This document shows, piece by piece, positions 1 to 9,643 of a stretch of 64,000 nt of DNA. Every line of letters begins with the position of its first letter. Within the stretch, counting starts at the first letter, position 1. The notes beneath the pieces are model-generated. The model was not told the origin of the DNA and ran no database searches. It was given only the letters and a program-made list of their open reading frames with translations. The stretch is from positions 21,192 through 85,191 of the forward strand of contig DAOUDE010000062.1 in assembly GCA_034431475.1 (NCBI GenBank). Direction: 5' to 3'. Origin of the DNA: Thermomicrobiales bacterium. GTDB taxonomy: Bacteria; Chloroflexota; Chloroflexia; Thermomicrobiales; UBA6265. The translations under genes and the position numbers were made by a program.

Positions 1-170
1 ATTACTCCGCGGTCAAGGCCTTCGCGGTCGTTGGTCACGAGGAAGATGGCATGCAGCACGCTTCGGGCATTCTCTACATCGCGGAGTAGGGACGCGTCGT
101 CCCATCGGTGATGCATGTTCATCGCGGGGCGTCCAGATTGGACGCCCCGTGGTGTTCCAGGAGACAGAAT

Positions 171-2027
171 GTGAAATCATTGCGAAGGATGACGACGATC
201 TGGCGGCCACTTTCGGCCACCGCCCTGGTGGTCTCGTTGGGCGGCGCGGCGCTCACCGCGCCGACTGCCTCGGCCCAGGATGCGCTGCCACCCATTACCG
301 ACGCCGCACCTCTGAACACGGCATTCTTTCAGCAGGTTGACCTGGACTTCGCCGGCGCCCAGTGGCAGCAGAGCGACCAGCTCATGGAGCGGCTCGGCTT
401 CCCTGACGCCCTCGAAACATGGCAGGACGAGCTGTTGAGCCACCACGGCAACATGGGCTCGTTCACCGAGGCGGATTTTGACGCGGTCACTGGTGGCGAA
501 GCAGCGCTTGTCGTATCTGACGATGCCATTGCCACGTTGATGCACGTGCAGTCGCAGATGATGGCCGAGATGTCGGGCACGCCGGTTGCATCGCCTGTCT
601 CACTCACGGAGGGCGAGCCGCTTGGCGTCGCCATGATTCTGCGCGCCAGTGATGCGGACGCCGCCTGGGACTACGCCCAGAGCCAGACGAACGCCTTCGC
701 TGACAAGAACGACCTCGAAGTCGTATCTACGCCCTACGGCAGCGGCGAAATTGTCGAGACGACCGGTGGTGAGGGCGAATCCACAGATGACCTCGACTCA
801 CCCTACGACGCCCTGCTCGGCGCGCACGGCGACAAGGAGTTCGCGGCGGGCCGCGCTGGTGACTACATCATCGGCGCCGCCACGGCGGCCGACGTGGAGC
901 AGATCATTGACGTCATCGACGGCAACGCGCCCTCGTTGAGCGAGTCCGAGCCGCTCACCCAGATCGCGGCAGAGCTGCCCGCGCCGGCGCTCGCGTTCAC
1001 CTACGTCGATGCCGAAGCCATCGTCGGCGCGCTCGACGCGGACACGGTTGCGACGATCGAGGCCATGCAACCCGGCCTTTCCCTGGCGGACATGGGCTCC
1101 TACTCTGGCCTCACACTGACGGCAGTCGATGAAGGGTTCCGCATGGACTCCTATTCGATTGCCTCCGATAACGCCGACCCGAGCAAGGTTATTGTCCCGA
1201 ACAGCGCGGAAACTACCGGAGCGGCCGCGCATGTCCCGGCCGACACCTTCATCTATTCGGCGGGCACGCTGCCCCCCGGCTCGTTTGCCGGTGGCGCCTA
1301 CTCGCTCGCCCAGGCCGTGAACGCCATGGAGTCTGGTGAAGAGCCGCAGCAGACGATGCCAAGCGCCGAAGAGGTGGACGCGGCCATTGCGCAGGCGACC
1401 GAAACCCTCGGCTTCAACCCGGCCACGGACCTGTTCGACATTCTGGGTCCGGATTACCTCTTCTTCAGTTCCTTCCCGTCCTTCATGGATGAATTCTCCT
1501 TCAACGCGGTGGCGGCGGTCAGCACCAGTGACCCCACAACGCTCGCCGGCACGATGGAGAAGCTTTCGCAACTCATCACACGTGTGGGCGGCGAAGATGT
1601 CTCGCTGACGACGCGTGACATGGCCGGTGACACCGTTTACTCCATCGGTGATCCAAACGATGAGAACTCGCCTACCGTCGACTTCGGCGTCGTTGGCAAT
1701 CAGGCGGTGGCCGGCATTGGAACCGGCCTCGATCAGCTTTCTGCAACCCCGGCGGATGCACTGGCGGATGATCCGCAGTACCAGGAAATCATGGGTACGC
1801 TGCCTGCGGAGTACTCCAGCGTCTTCTACGTGGATGCGCGGCCGGTGACCCAACTGGCTATGATGTTCTCCGGCGGGTTCAGCGAGGGCGGCGCGGAAGC
1901 GACCCCGATGGCGGAGCCCGCCGGCAGCCTGGAGAACCTGCTCGGCTTCGGTGCGGTGGCGTCCTCCGATAGCGACACCAGCATGGCCGGCAGCGCGATT
2001 CTCTACATCGCTGAGCCTGGCAGTTAG
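171..2027 (+). CDS. secreted hypothetical protein (about 618 aa, Sec-type signal peptide)
   Basis: Long ORF (108..2027) with GC-rich third positions. AGGAG lies 7 nt upstream of the in-frame GTG at 171. The N-terminus KSLRRMTTIWRPLSATALVVSLGGAALTAPTASAQ has n-h-c signal-peptide organisation with an AxA site. Family not recognised with confidence. Confidence 0.6.
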   Translation: MKSLRRMTTIWRPLSATALVVSLGGAALTAPTASAQDALPPITDAAPLNTAFFQQVDLDFAGAQWQQSDQLMERLGFPDALETWQDELLSHHGNMGSFTEADFDAVTGGEAALVVSDDAIATLMHVQSQMMAEMSGTPVASPVSLTEGEPLGVAMILRASDADAAWDYAQSQTNAFADKNDLEVVSTPYGSGEIVETTGGEGESTDDLDSPYDALLGAHGDKEFAAGRAGDYIIGAATAADVEQIIDVIDGNAPSLSESEPLTQIAAELPAPALAFTYVDAEAIVGALDADTVATIEAMQPGLSLADMGSYSGLTLTAVDEGFRMDSYSIASDNADPSKVIVPNSAETTGAAAHVPADTFIYSAGTLPPGSFAGGAYSLAQAVNAMESGEEPQQTMPSAEEVDAAIAQATETLGFNPATDLFDILGPDYLFFSSFPSFMDEFSFNAVAAVSTSDPTTLAGTMEKLSQLITRVGGEDVSLTTRDMAGDTVYSIGDPNDENSPTVDFGVVGNQAVAGIGTGLDQLSATPADALADDPQYQEIMGTLPAEYSSVFYVDARPVTQLAMMFSGGFSEGGAEATPMAEPAGSLENLLGFGAVASSDSDTSMAGSAILYIAEPGS

Positions 2028-2039
2028 CTCCATCGTTAC

Positions 2040-2074
2040 CCCCGGGGAGATGGCCGGTGGCCATCTCCCCGGGG
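2040..2074 (+). terminator. perfect 16-bp stem / 3-nt loop hairpin downstream of the secreted-protein gene
   Basis: CCCCGGGGAGATGGCC-GGT-GGCCATCTCCCCGGGG, 13 nt after the stop at 2027. There is no clear U-tract, so intrinsic-terminator function is only inferred. Confidence 0.45.
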
Positions 2075-2187
2075 CCGGGTAACCGACGACTCCCTTCACT
2101 CGTTGCAATCCAGAGAACGCCCGTGTCTCGCCGTGGCATTCGTGCCGCGGCTATGCTTTGCCGTGGCCCCCAATAAGGAGCAAGAGA

Positions 2188-3999
2188 TTGAAGTTCGATT
2201 CCAAACTGGCACACGGCCTGGCCCCGGACGAGCACGCGGATCTGGACCGGCTCTGGCACGCCCTCAGCACAACATCCGTGAAGCCGTCTCGCCGCGATTT
2301 CCTGCGCTGGTCGGCCATTGCCGCTGGCGCGGTTGTCACGGCGCGCGAGGGCATCGTCACCGCCGCGCCGCGTCCCGTCCTGGCGCAGGATGCCCCAATC
2401 GTCGAGGGCGCGGAGATCACCGTGCCGTTCGATGCCTTCGGACAGGCGATCAACCTGGATCCGCACCGCTCCAGCGACTACGGCGGGTTCTGGGTGATGT
2501 ACCCGAACGTCTGGAACGGCTTCCTGCGCTACGACGAAAATGGGCGCATTGCCCTTGACCTCGCCGAGAAGATCTCGCGCTCGGCCGATGGCCTGCGCTA
2601 CACCTGCACCATACGTGAAGGCGCAGCCTACGCCAGCGGCAATCCGGTGCTGGCCGAGCACTTCATTGCCTCCTGGCAGCGCGCGCTCGACCCCGCCAAC
2701 CTGTCGCCCATGGTGGCCTTCATGGAACCGCTCAAGGGCTTTGCTGCCTGGATTGGCGGGGACACCAGCGCGCAACTCGGCTTCAGTGCAACTGACGACC
2801 GCACGGTCGTCGTGGAACTGGAGCAGCCTGTTACCTTTTTCCCGTCCTTCTTTGCCTCGTTCGTCTGGTCGGTCGTGGAGCCGCAGGCCATTGCGGATTT
2901 CGGAGAGACCAATTTCGTCCTGAACAGTGCTGGCGCCGGCCCCTGGCAGTTCACGGCGTACCAGCAGGACACCCAGTTTGTCATGGAGCCAAACCCGAAC
3001 TACTTCGGGGAACCGTCTCCGTCGATTGTCAAGATCACCTGGCCGGTCGTGAACGGCCCTGACGCAGCCACGTCCAGCCTCGATCTCTACGTGAACGAGG
3101 ACGCCGCCTCGGCCGATGTCCCGCTGTCGCTGCTCTCCGATGTCTCGGCAGATGAAACACTCACGGCTGAACTGAAGCAGTTGAACACCTCGCAGGCCAC
3201 CATCCGCTCGCTGGCCATGGATTTTCGGCAGGCGCCCTTCAACGATGTGCGCGTGCGGCGCGCCTTCGGACTGGCGTTCGACCGGGACCGCTATTCCGAG
3301 ATTTACGGGGGCACCTGGACCCCGGCAACCGTCTTCACCCCACCCGTGGTCAACGAACTGAGCGGCTACGCGCCGCCAGATGGCTTCCCGTTCGATCCCG
3401 AGCAGGCGCAAGCGCTGCTGGAGGAGGCGGGTTTCCCCGGTGGCGAAGGTCTCCCGGAGATCATCTACTACCTGGCGTCCGGCGAGAGCGACGCCGAGGT
3501 CGAACGTGTGCAGCAGGTGTTGCAGATTTTCCAGGACAACCTGGGGGTTGCCATCACGCTCGACAACAGCCGCACGCAGGCGGAGATCAACGACCTCATT
3601 ACCGAAACGGGCGGTCTACAGTTCGCCATCATGTGGTGGCAGACCGTGACGGACACGCCCTTCCTGCTGAGCGATGTCTTCCGGCCGGATTCGCCCTACA
3701 TGCAGGGCGTTTTCAACTGGTCGCCTGACCTGGAGGCCCTGGGCGGTGACCCGGGCGCAGCCGCCCAGCAATTCGCGGACCTGGTAGCGCGCGCCGACGT
3801 CGAACTGGACCAGGACACGCGCAACGATCTCTACCGCCAGGCGGAAACGCTGGTGCTGGAGAACGCGGTCTACGTGCCGATTGGCAACTGGGTGCCCATG
3901 TTCCTCCAGAAGCCGTGGCTCAGCGGTACCCGCCAGGGCTCCTGGACAGGCCGCTTCCCCGCGCTCTTCGACCAGAACGTGGTCGTGCTCCAGCAGTAG
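2188..3999 (+). CDS. ABC transporter substrate-binding protein, family 5 (peptide/nickel type), Tat-exported
   Basis: Twin-arginine motif SRRDFLRWSAIAAGAVV. Size (~600 aa) and motifs (WNGFLRYDENGRI, MEPNPNYFGEP, AGFPGGEGLPEI) are typical of family-5 SBPs. The likely start is TTG 2188, 7 nt after AAGGAG; the ORF track opens at 2158. Confidence 0.85.
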   Translation: MKFDSKLAHGLAPDEHADLDRLWHALSTTSVKPSRRDFLRWSAIAAGAVVTAREGIVTAAPRPVLAQDAPIVEGAEITVPFDAFGQAINLDPHRSSDYGGFWVMYPNVWNGFLRYDENGRIALDLAEKISRSADGLRYTCTIREGAAYASGNPVLAEHFIASWQRALDPANLSPMVAFMEPLKGFAAWIGGDTSAQLGFSATDDRTVVVELEQPVTFFPSFFASFVWSVVEPQAIADFGETNFVLNSAGAGPWQFTAYQQDTQFVMEPNPNYFGEPSPSIVKITWPVVNGPDAATSSLDLYVNEDAASADVPLSLLSDVSADETLTAELKQLNTSQATIRSLAMDFRQAPFNDVRVRRAFGLAFDRDRYSEIYGGTWTPATVFTPPVVNELSGYAPPDGFPFDPEQAQALLEEAGFPGGEGLPEIIYYLASGESDAEVERVQQVLQIFQDNLGVAITLDNSRTQAEINDLITETGGLQFAIMWWQTVTDTPFLLSDVFRPDSPYMQGVFNWSPDLEALGGDPGAAAQQFADLVARADVELDQDTRNDLYRQAETLVLENAVYVPIGNWVPMFLQKPWLSGTRQGSWTGRFPALFDQNVVVLQQ

Positions 4000-4013
4000 C
4001 CCCGGGAACGAAC

Positions 4014-4050
4014 GAAAGCCCCGCTCCCGTGATCCGGGAGCGGGGCTTTC
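4014..4050. terminator. bidirectional hairpin between convergent genes
   Basis: GAAAGCCCCGCTCCCG-TGATC-CGGGAGCGGGGCTTTC is a 16-bp perfect stem with A/T-flanked ends. It lies between the SBP stop (3999) and the DUF72 stop (4065). Confidence 0.55.
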
Positions 4051-4064
4051 GCATGTTCCCCGTG

Positions 4065-4931
4065 TCAGGAAAAGAGCGACGCCTGCACCGGCGGCAAGTC
4101 CTCCGTGTGCGGGGCTTCGCCACGCAGCATCCCGATCAGCACCAGGGCATTGCGCGTGCCGGCGCCCTTCTCATTGTTGTTGAACATCACGTGGACCTGC
4201 TTCGCTGAGCCGGCAAGTTGTTCCACAATCTCGACAAACCCGACAAGCTCTTCCGTCGAATAGTCATAGTCGTAGCGGCCGCTGTGGCCCAGCCATCCCT
4301 TCGCGTTGCGGCCATGCAGGCGCAGGTAGGCAAGATCCTCGTTGGTCGTCGCAACCAGCGGTTGCACGGTGCCCCGGCTCAGTTGCGGCTCGTCGGCGAT
4401 GGCGTACGCCAGCCCGAGGTCGCTGAGCAGGGAAAGGGTTGCGGGCGCGCTCTCAGCATCCAGCCAGGTGCCGTTCCGGAACTCGACGGCTACCGGGATA
4501 CCGGCCATGTGCCTGGCCACCCGGCCGAGGAATTCCCTGTTCGCCTCGGTGTTGCCGAAGCTGGGCGGGAACTGGTAGAGCGCGCAGCCGAAGCGGTCGA
4601 CGGTGCGCAGCGGCTCCAGCGAGTCACGAAACAGCGCGAACGTCGTGTCTGGGGGTATCGCCTCGCCGTGCGTCAGGTCGCGGAACGCCTTGACGTCGAA
4701 CAGGAAGCCATCCGGGGTCAGCGAAATCCATTTCTCGTACGTACTGACCGGCACGGGCCGGTAGTACGAGGTGTTGACCTCCACGATGGGGAAGTGGCGC
4801 GCGTACCAGGGCAACTTGTCGTCCGCCCGGGTACGCGCGGGGTAAAAGCCTGGCAGGCTGTTCCAGGAACTGATGCCGACGCGAACCTCGGCATCCCCGA
4901 CCTGGACCGGCGCGACCAGGCGCTCGCTCAC
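4065..4931 (-). CDS. DUF72 (UPF0759, YecE-like) family protein
   Basis: VGISSWNSLPGFYP...LPWYARHFPIVEVNTSYYR...FLFDVKAFRDLTH matches the DUF72 pattern as I remember it. The GTG at 4931 overlaps the upstream TGA (GTGA), so I prefer it to the ATG at 4967. Confidence 0.8.
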   Translation of the reverse strand: MSERLVAPVQVGDAEVRVGISSWNSLPGFYPARTRADDKLPWYARHFPIVEVNTSYYRPVPVSTYEKWISLTPDGFLFDVKAFRDLTHGEAIPPDTTFALFRDSLEPLRTVDRFGCALYQFPPSFGNTEANREFLGRVARHMAGIPVAVEFRNGTWLDAESAPATLSLLSDLGLAYAIADEPQLSRGTVQPLVATTNEDLAYLRLHGRNAKGWLGHSGRYDYDYSTEELVGFVEIVEQLAGSAKQVHVMFNNNEKGAGTRNALVLIGMLRGEAPHTEDLPPVQASLFS

Positions 4932-7114
4932 GCCGGGGCCTTCACCGGGGGCAGCAGTGCCCGCCACGGCCCGCTCATTCCGGACTCGCTGACACCATAG
5001 AAGACGCGTGGATCGCCATCGCCCAGGTAGACGAGGTCATAGCGACGGTCGCCTGAGCGCTGCCGGTAGGAGCGCCACAGGCCGAAATCGCCCTGCCAGC
5101 GGACCGCGCCAGTGTCGAGTTCACCCTTTTCTCGTTGCTGGATCGCCGCGCGCCACATGCGGCGGTCCGTGTCTTTCGTCACGTTGTAGATGAGCTTGTG
5201 GTACCGCAGGTCACGCAGCGTGTAGTAGCGCACGCCGTCGCTCTCGAAGCTCTCCAGCACCTCGATCCCGGTTGTAGGCGCTACGGGATCGGGTGCCGCG
5301 TCCTCCTCGAAGAGGGCGAACTCCTCTGGCTCGGAGGCGTGCTCTGGCAGCGCCGCCGCTGTCGCGGCCTGTCCGGTAACCAGCGCCGCCAACTCCAATG
5401 CCTCATCACGCACCTCGCCAGCGCGCGGCTCACGGGCCTCGCGGGTCGTCCGAGGCTTCGTGGCCGGCGCGGTGGGCTGTGCTGGTGATTGCTGGCGGTG
5501 AGAACGGCCGTTGCGGGCCGGCGGGGCCACGGGCGCGAGATCGGCCTCGGGCGGCATGATCGACGGAGGGGCCGTACTGGCGACGGCCCGCGCCGGCGCG
5601 GTCGCGGTCACGGGAGCGGCACCAGCCGGCAGGGCAGGTTCCGGGCGTGGCCCGGCCAGATCGGCGCGCACCATGTGCACGATCTCGTCCCGGCTGGCGG
5701 CGGCTGTCTCGCTGCCGCGCCGGATCAGGATGCCGCCCGGCTCCAGCGCGTGCGGCTTCTGGTTCCCATCGGCCACCTCGATAATGATGATCTTCTTGCC
5801 GTCGGCGGTGTGTTCGCGCAGTGAGAGGTGCACGGGCGGCAGAATCTGGCTCGCCGCCTCCGACGTGAGCTCAGCGATCAGCGCGGCGGGATCAGCCACG
5901 CCGGCGATGGGCCGCTTCTCCGCCGCTGACAGCCCGATGTAGATCGTGCCGCCGCCGCTGTTGGCGAAGCCCACGATGTCCCGCAGGATCACGCCCTGGC
6001 CACGGCGGGCCGTGGCGGACTCATGGAACACCTGCGTGCTCGTATTCCCATCCAGGCGCGCGGCCTTGACCGGGTCGCTGGGTGGTGGCGTGAAGGGGCG
6101 AGTCCGCTCGAATTCGTTGCTGGCGAACAGGCCCTTCAGCGAGGCGAACGTCAGTTCCTGCAGCAGCACCTCCGTCGGCCGGTCACCAACGCCGAGGTTG
6201 GTTTCGCGCAGCGGATCCTGCTCCAGGCGGTGGCAATCTGATCCCTGGATGCAGTGCATACGGCGGGGGTACTCGGTCTTCGTGCCGTTGAAGAACCGGG
6301 CCGTCGAGCGGCGGTTTGTGGCCGGGAGGAGGTCAGTAACCTCCATGGCGTGCAGGTTCGGGTCCTGGGTGTAGGCGATCTTGGTCTGGCCCCCGAAGCG
6401 AAGGCCCTGCATGGCGATACCGTGCGTGGAGTTCACGTGCGCGCCGATCACGAGCGCACCGTTGTCCGCCAGTATCTCGTACGCCCGCAGGACATCCGTG
6501 GTCGCGCCGACCTCGCCGCTCCCGAAGCGATCTTCCGGCACGCCAAGCAGGAGCAGCAGATGCTCCATCAGGCGAATGCTGGTGCCCTCCGGGAAGATGG
6601 CCAGGATGTGGAAGCCAAATTGCGCCGTAAACTCGAAGCCGGGCAGAACCAGGATGCGGCTCAGGAGATCCCGGTATTCCGCCAGGCGCTCTGCCTCGGC
6701 GGGCTCCATGCGCCCCAGGTACTCCAGCAGCTCGAGGTCCTCGATTTCGCGCCACATATCGGCATACCCACGGACCGAGTTATGGTCCGTCAGGGCGATG
6801 CCGTGCAGTCCCCGCTCGTCGGCGCGGCGCAGAATATCCAGCACGCGGATATCTGGCTGCTGGTAATCCACGGAGGCCGGAGTGTGGACGTGGAGGTCGA
6901 TTCTGCGCCACTGCAGATCATTGGCATCGGTAGGTGTCGGCACGGGCGGGATAGCCGGCGAAGATGACCGGCCATTAGCTGCCGTGCCTTGCTTGGCAGG
7001 TTGTGGCGCATCTTCTGTGCGCCGTCGCGTGGGTGATATTGGCGTCTCCTTTCGGTAGGGCTGCGCCGAATGCAGCGGTATGAATAACGGCTTGCGCGAC
7101 CCAAACCTTATCAA
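4928..7114 (-). CDS. multidomain protein: N-terminal PHP phosphoesterase domain, central AlbA_2 (Schlafen-type) putative nucleic-acid-binding domain, Pro/Ala linker, unknown C-terminal domain
   Basis: IDLHVHTPASVDY...ALTDHNS...GAHVNSTHG are PHP-type metal-binding His/Asp motifs. ILRDIVGFANSGGGTIYIGL...IIIIEV resembles the AlbA_2 core. The start (TTG 7114) is uncertain and has no SD. Confidence 0.7.
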   Translation of the reverse strand: MIRFGSRKPLFIPLHSAQPYRKETPISPTRRRTEDAPQPAKQGTAANGRSSSPAIPPVPTPTDANDLQWRRIDLHVHTPASVDYQQPDIRVLDILRRADERGLHGIALTDHNSVRGYADMWREIEDLELLEYLGRMEPAEAERLAEYRDLLSRILVLPGFEFTAQFGFHILAIFPEGTSIRLMEHLLLLLGVPEDRFGSGEVGATTDVLRAYEILADNGALVIGAHVNSTHGIAMQGLRFGGQTKIAYTQDPNLHAMEVTDLLPATNRRSTARFFNGTKTEYPRRMHCIQGSDCHRLEQDPLRETNLGVGDRPTEVLLQELTFASLKGLFASNEFERTRPFTPPPSDPVKAARLDGNTSTQVFHESATARRGQGVILRDIVGFANSGGGTIYIGLSAAEKRPIAGVADPAALIAELTSEAASQILPPVHLSLREHTADGKKIIIIEVADGNQKPHALEPGGILIRRGSETAAASRDEIVHMVRADLAGPRPEPALPAGAAPVTATAPARAVASTAPPSIMPPEADLAPVAPPARNGRSHRQQSPAQPTAPATKPRTTREAREPRAGEVRDEALELAALVTGQAATAAALPEHASEPEEFALFEEDAAPDPVAPTTGIEVLESFESDGVRYYTLRDLRYHKLIYNVTKDTDRRMWRAAIQQREKGELDTGAVRWQGDFGLWRSYRQRSGDRRYDLVYLGDGDPRVFYGVSESGMSGPWRALLPPVKAPA

Positions 7115-7346
7115 ATCATAGCATACCGGAAGTTGTTATTGACAACCAGTCACGGGGTCAGGCTTGGGAAAATGCATGCTAGACTCGCCAAATGGACCCG
7201 TTGTCAGTGAGCAACGCGACGTTCTCCGTAAACCCGACTTCGCCCGCGAGTCGTACAACAGGTAGGGAGATGCGGCGCAGCCGCATCGGCGGCGTGTGGT
7301 GCATCCTGGCACACGCGCACCAAGGGGAAAACGGGGCGACCGCAAC

Positions 7347-8300
7347 ATGCCACAGATAGACACACCATTGCTTCTGGACGTCCTGTTGGGGCTGGTGATC
7401 CTGCTCTTTGTCCCGTTTGGGATTCGCCGGGGCGTGGCCAGGGAAGCAATGGTTTCGGCCGGCATCTTCCTCGGCGCGGCGCTCGCGGAGCGCTTTGCGC
7501 AACCCTGGAGCCAATGGCTCGGGGAACGCTTTGGCCTGGCGGCGGGCACGGCATCCTTCGTCGTTTCGGCGGGCCTGCTGTTCGGCGGGGCCTTCTTGCT
7601 TGGCTACGGCGGCGGGGCCGCGCTGGGGGTATCCCGGCTGGGCGTACTCTCGCGGCTGGTGGGCGGCCTGCTTGCGGCGTTCAACGCCGCGCTGATGCTC
7701 TCCTACCTGTTGACATGGGTCGAGCGAGACCTCGGTCAGGGCGGCTCGCTGGATGAGGGATATATCAGTCCCTGGTTGCTGCACCGGACGAGCGATCTGC
7801 TGTTGGCTGCCGCCGGGGTGCTGGTCGTCCTGACGGTTCTCTCCTGGATCGTGAATCTGTTTCGCTCGCAGCGACAGCCGCATCGCGACGAGGTTTACCC
7901 GGCGCGAGCGGCCCGGCCCGCCCCAACACCGATGGCGCCCGAGAGCGAGAAGTATGAGCCGGCCGACAACATCGCGCGGTCCGGGCGCTTTGCCCCCGGC
8001 CTCGATGCCACCTCGCCGCTGTCAGCTACGGCGGGTGGGGGCGCGCCCTGGGTGCCAGGCTCTGGCCGCGCGGTGAACGGCAACGGCCGCGAGACGCATG
8101 TCGCTACAACCGCTTCCGGCGACGAAACAGTGTGGGCTGCCTGGGACCCAGCGTCAGGCCCGCAGAGCAGCGGTGGAGCGCGCACGGAGTGGCCGGTGGC
8201 CCCGGCTGTCGGCATCACGCCGGACGAGCGATGCGCCGTTTGCCACGCGCGGGTGGGCCCGCGTGACGTGTTCTGCCCGGAGTGCGGCGCAACCCTGTAG
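7347..8300 (+). CDS. CvpA-family membrane protein with long C-terminal extension ending in a zinc ribbon
   Basis: The N-terminus MPQIDTPLLLDVLLGLVILLFVPFGIRRGVAREA and four hydrophobic segments fit the CvpA pattern. The C-terminus CAVCHARVGPRDVFCPECGATL is a CxxC...CxxC ribbon. Confidence 0.7.
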   Translation: MPQIDTPLLLDVLLGLVILLFVPFGIRRGVAREAMVSAGIFLGAALAERFAQPWSQWLGERFGLAAGTASFVVSAGLLFGGAFLLGYGGGAALGVSRLGVLSRLVGGLLAAFNAALMLSYLLTWVERDLGQGGSLDEGYISPWLLHRTSDLLLAAAGVLVVLTVLSWIVNLFRSQRQPHRDEVYPARAARPAPTPMAPESEKYEPADNIARSGRFAPGLDATSPLSATAGGGAPWVPGSGRAVNGNGRETHVATTASGDETVWAAWDPASGPQSSGGARTEWPVAPAVGITPDERCAVCHARVGPRDVFCPECGATL

Positions 8301-8356
8301 GATTCCCCGGTTCGGTTTCCGTTCGAACTGACATCCGTGACGAAAGGGGTATCCTG

Positions 8357-9583
8357 ATGGCAGTTGCCGAGCAAATTGACCTTGCTGCCGCGCAGCAGGC
8401 GGCCACCGACGCCATAACTGCGGCGCGAGACGGCCTGATCGAGCTCTCCCGGTTCATCCACGCCAACCCCGAGATTGCGCTGGAGGAGGTCAAGGGCAGC
8501 GCGGCCTGCGCGGCTTTCCTGGAGCAGCACGGCTTCTCGGTCACGCGCGGCGTCGCGGACCTCCCGACCGCGTTTGCGGCGACGGCCGGTTTGGGAGAGC
8601 CGAAGATTGCCTATCTCTCCGAATACGATGCGCTCCCTGGAATCGGCCACGGCTGCGGCCACAACCTGATCGCCATTGCCGGCATCGGCGCGGGCATCGG
8701 GCTGGCGGCGGCGCTGCCGCACCTCGGCGGTAAGGGGCAGGTGGCGGTGTTCGGCACCCCCGCCGAGGAGGCGGTGGGCGGCAAGGTGATCATGGCCAAC
8801 GCCGGCGTTTTCGACGGCGTGGCGGCCGCGATGGGCGCCCACCCTGGCACCATCGAGGCGGTCTGCCCGACAGTTGAGGGCAGCGGCAACGCCCTCGCCT
8901 GCGTGCTGGTGCGCGTCACCTTTCACGGCCAGGCGGCCCACGCCGCCGCCGATCCCTACAACGGCGTGAACGCCCTGAACGCCGTCATCGAGACCTTCAA
9001 CGGCATCAACGCCCTGCGCCAGCACATCACCGGCGACGCTCGTATCCATGGGATCATCACGCACGGCGGCGATGTCCCGAACGTAGTGCCGCACTACGCC
9101 CAGGCCGAGTTCTTCGTGCGGGCCGCCACACTGGCCGGTATGAACCGGCTGGTGGAGCAGGTGAAGCGCATCGCCGAGGGCGCGGCGCTGATCACGGGCG
9201 CAACGGTCGAGATCGAGATGCCGGAGGAAGCGAACTCCGACATGATTACCAACTACACGCTCGCGCAGCGCCTGAGCGCGAACATGGACCGCATCGGCCT
9301 CAAGCTGCCGCAGGCGAAGCCGGAGCCGGGCAGTGGCTCCACCGACTGGGGCAACGTCAGCTATGTCGTGCCATCGGTGGAAACCAGCTACCCGATCATC
9401 GACCGCGTCTGCACCTGGCACTCGCAGGACGTCGTGGACGCCTCGGTCTCCGACCTCGGGCTGGGCAATACCATCGCCGTGGCTACGGCGATGGCCCTGA
9501 CCGGGGTCGACCTCATCGCGGACCCGCACCTGATCGCCGACGTGCAGGACGAGTTCACGCGGGCGAAGGCCGCCCGCGCGTAG
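8357..9583 (+). CDS. M20 family metallo-hydrolase (amidohydrolase / AbgB-like)
   Basis: YDALPGIGHGCGHNLIA, FGTPAEE and GQAAHAAADPYNGVNAL are motifs typical of M20D/AbgB-type amidohydrolases. The ATG at 8357 is preceded by AAAGGGG. Confidence 0.85.
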   Translation: MAVAEQIDLAAAQQAATDAITAARDGLIELSRFIHANPEIALEEVKGSAACAAFLEQHGFSVTRGVADLPTAFAATAGLGEPKIAYLSEYDALPGIGHGCGHNLIAIAGIGAGIGLAAALPHLGGKGQVAVFGTPAEEAVGGKVIMANAGVFDGVAAAMGAHPGTIEAVCPTVEGSGNALACVLVRVTFHGQAAHAAADPYNGVNALNAVIETFNGINALRQHITGDARIHGIITHGGDVPNVVPHYAQAEFFVRAATLAGMNRLVEQVKRIAEGAALITGATVEIEMPEEANSDMITNYTLAQRLSANMDRIGLKLPQAKPEPGSGSTDWGNVSYVVPSVETSYPIIDRVCTWHSQDVVDASVSDLGLGNTIAVATAMALTGVDLIADPHLIADVQDEFTRAKAARA

Positions 9584-9643
9584 GGTTGCCAGACACGGTG
9601 GCGTTGCGTCGTTTCTCGCTGATCAGGAGTCGCGTGCGCTGCG

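Noticed and set aside
798-3411. Long antisense ORFs (436 aa at 798..2108 and 510 aa at 1879..3411, both minus strand)
   Set aside because: They lie opposite homology- or signal-supported plus-strand genes. They are Arg/Gly/His/Pro-rich with no motifs. They are typical shadow ORFs of a high-GC genome.
7139-7185. Promoter for the CvpA-like gene (TTGACA at 7139-7144; TGCTAGACT at 7177-7185)
   Set aside because: The two elements are 35 nt apart, so they cannot form one sigma70 promoter. The extended -10-like TGCTAGACT alone is too weak to report, though it resembles the TGCTATAGT upstream of rplU.
7895-9529. 544-aa minus-strand ORF
   Set aside because: It is antisense to the CvpA-like 3' end and the M20 hydrolase, which has clear family motifs. 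Its composition is shadow-ORF-like.
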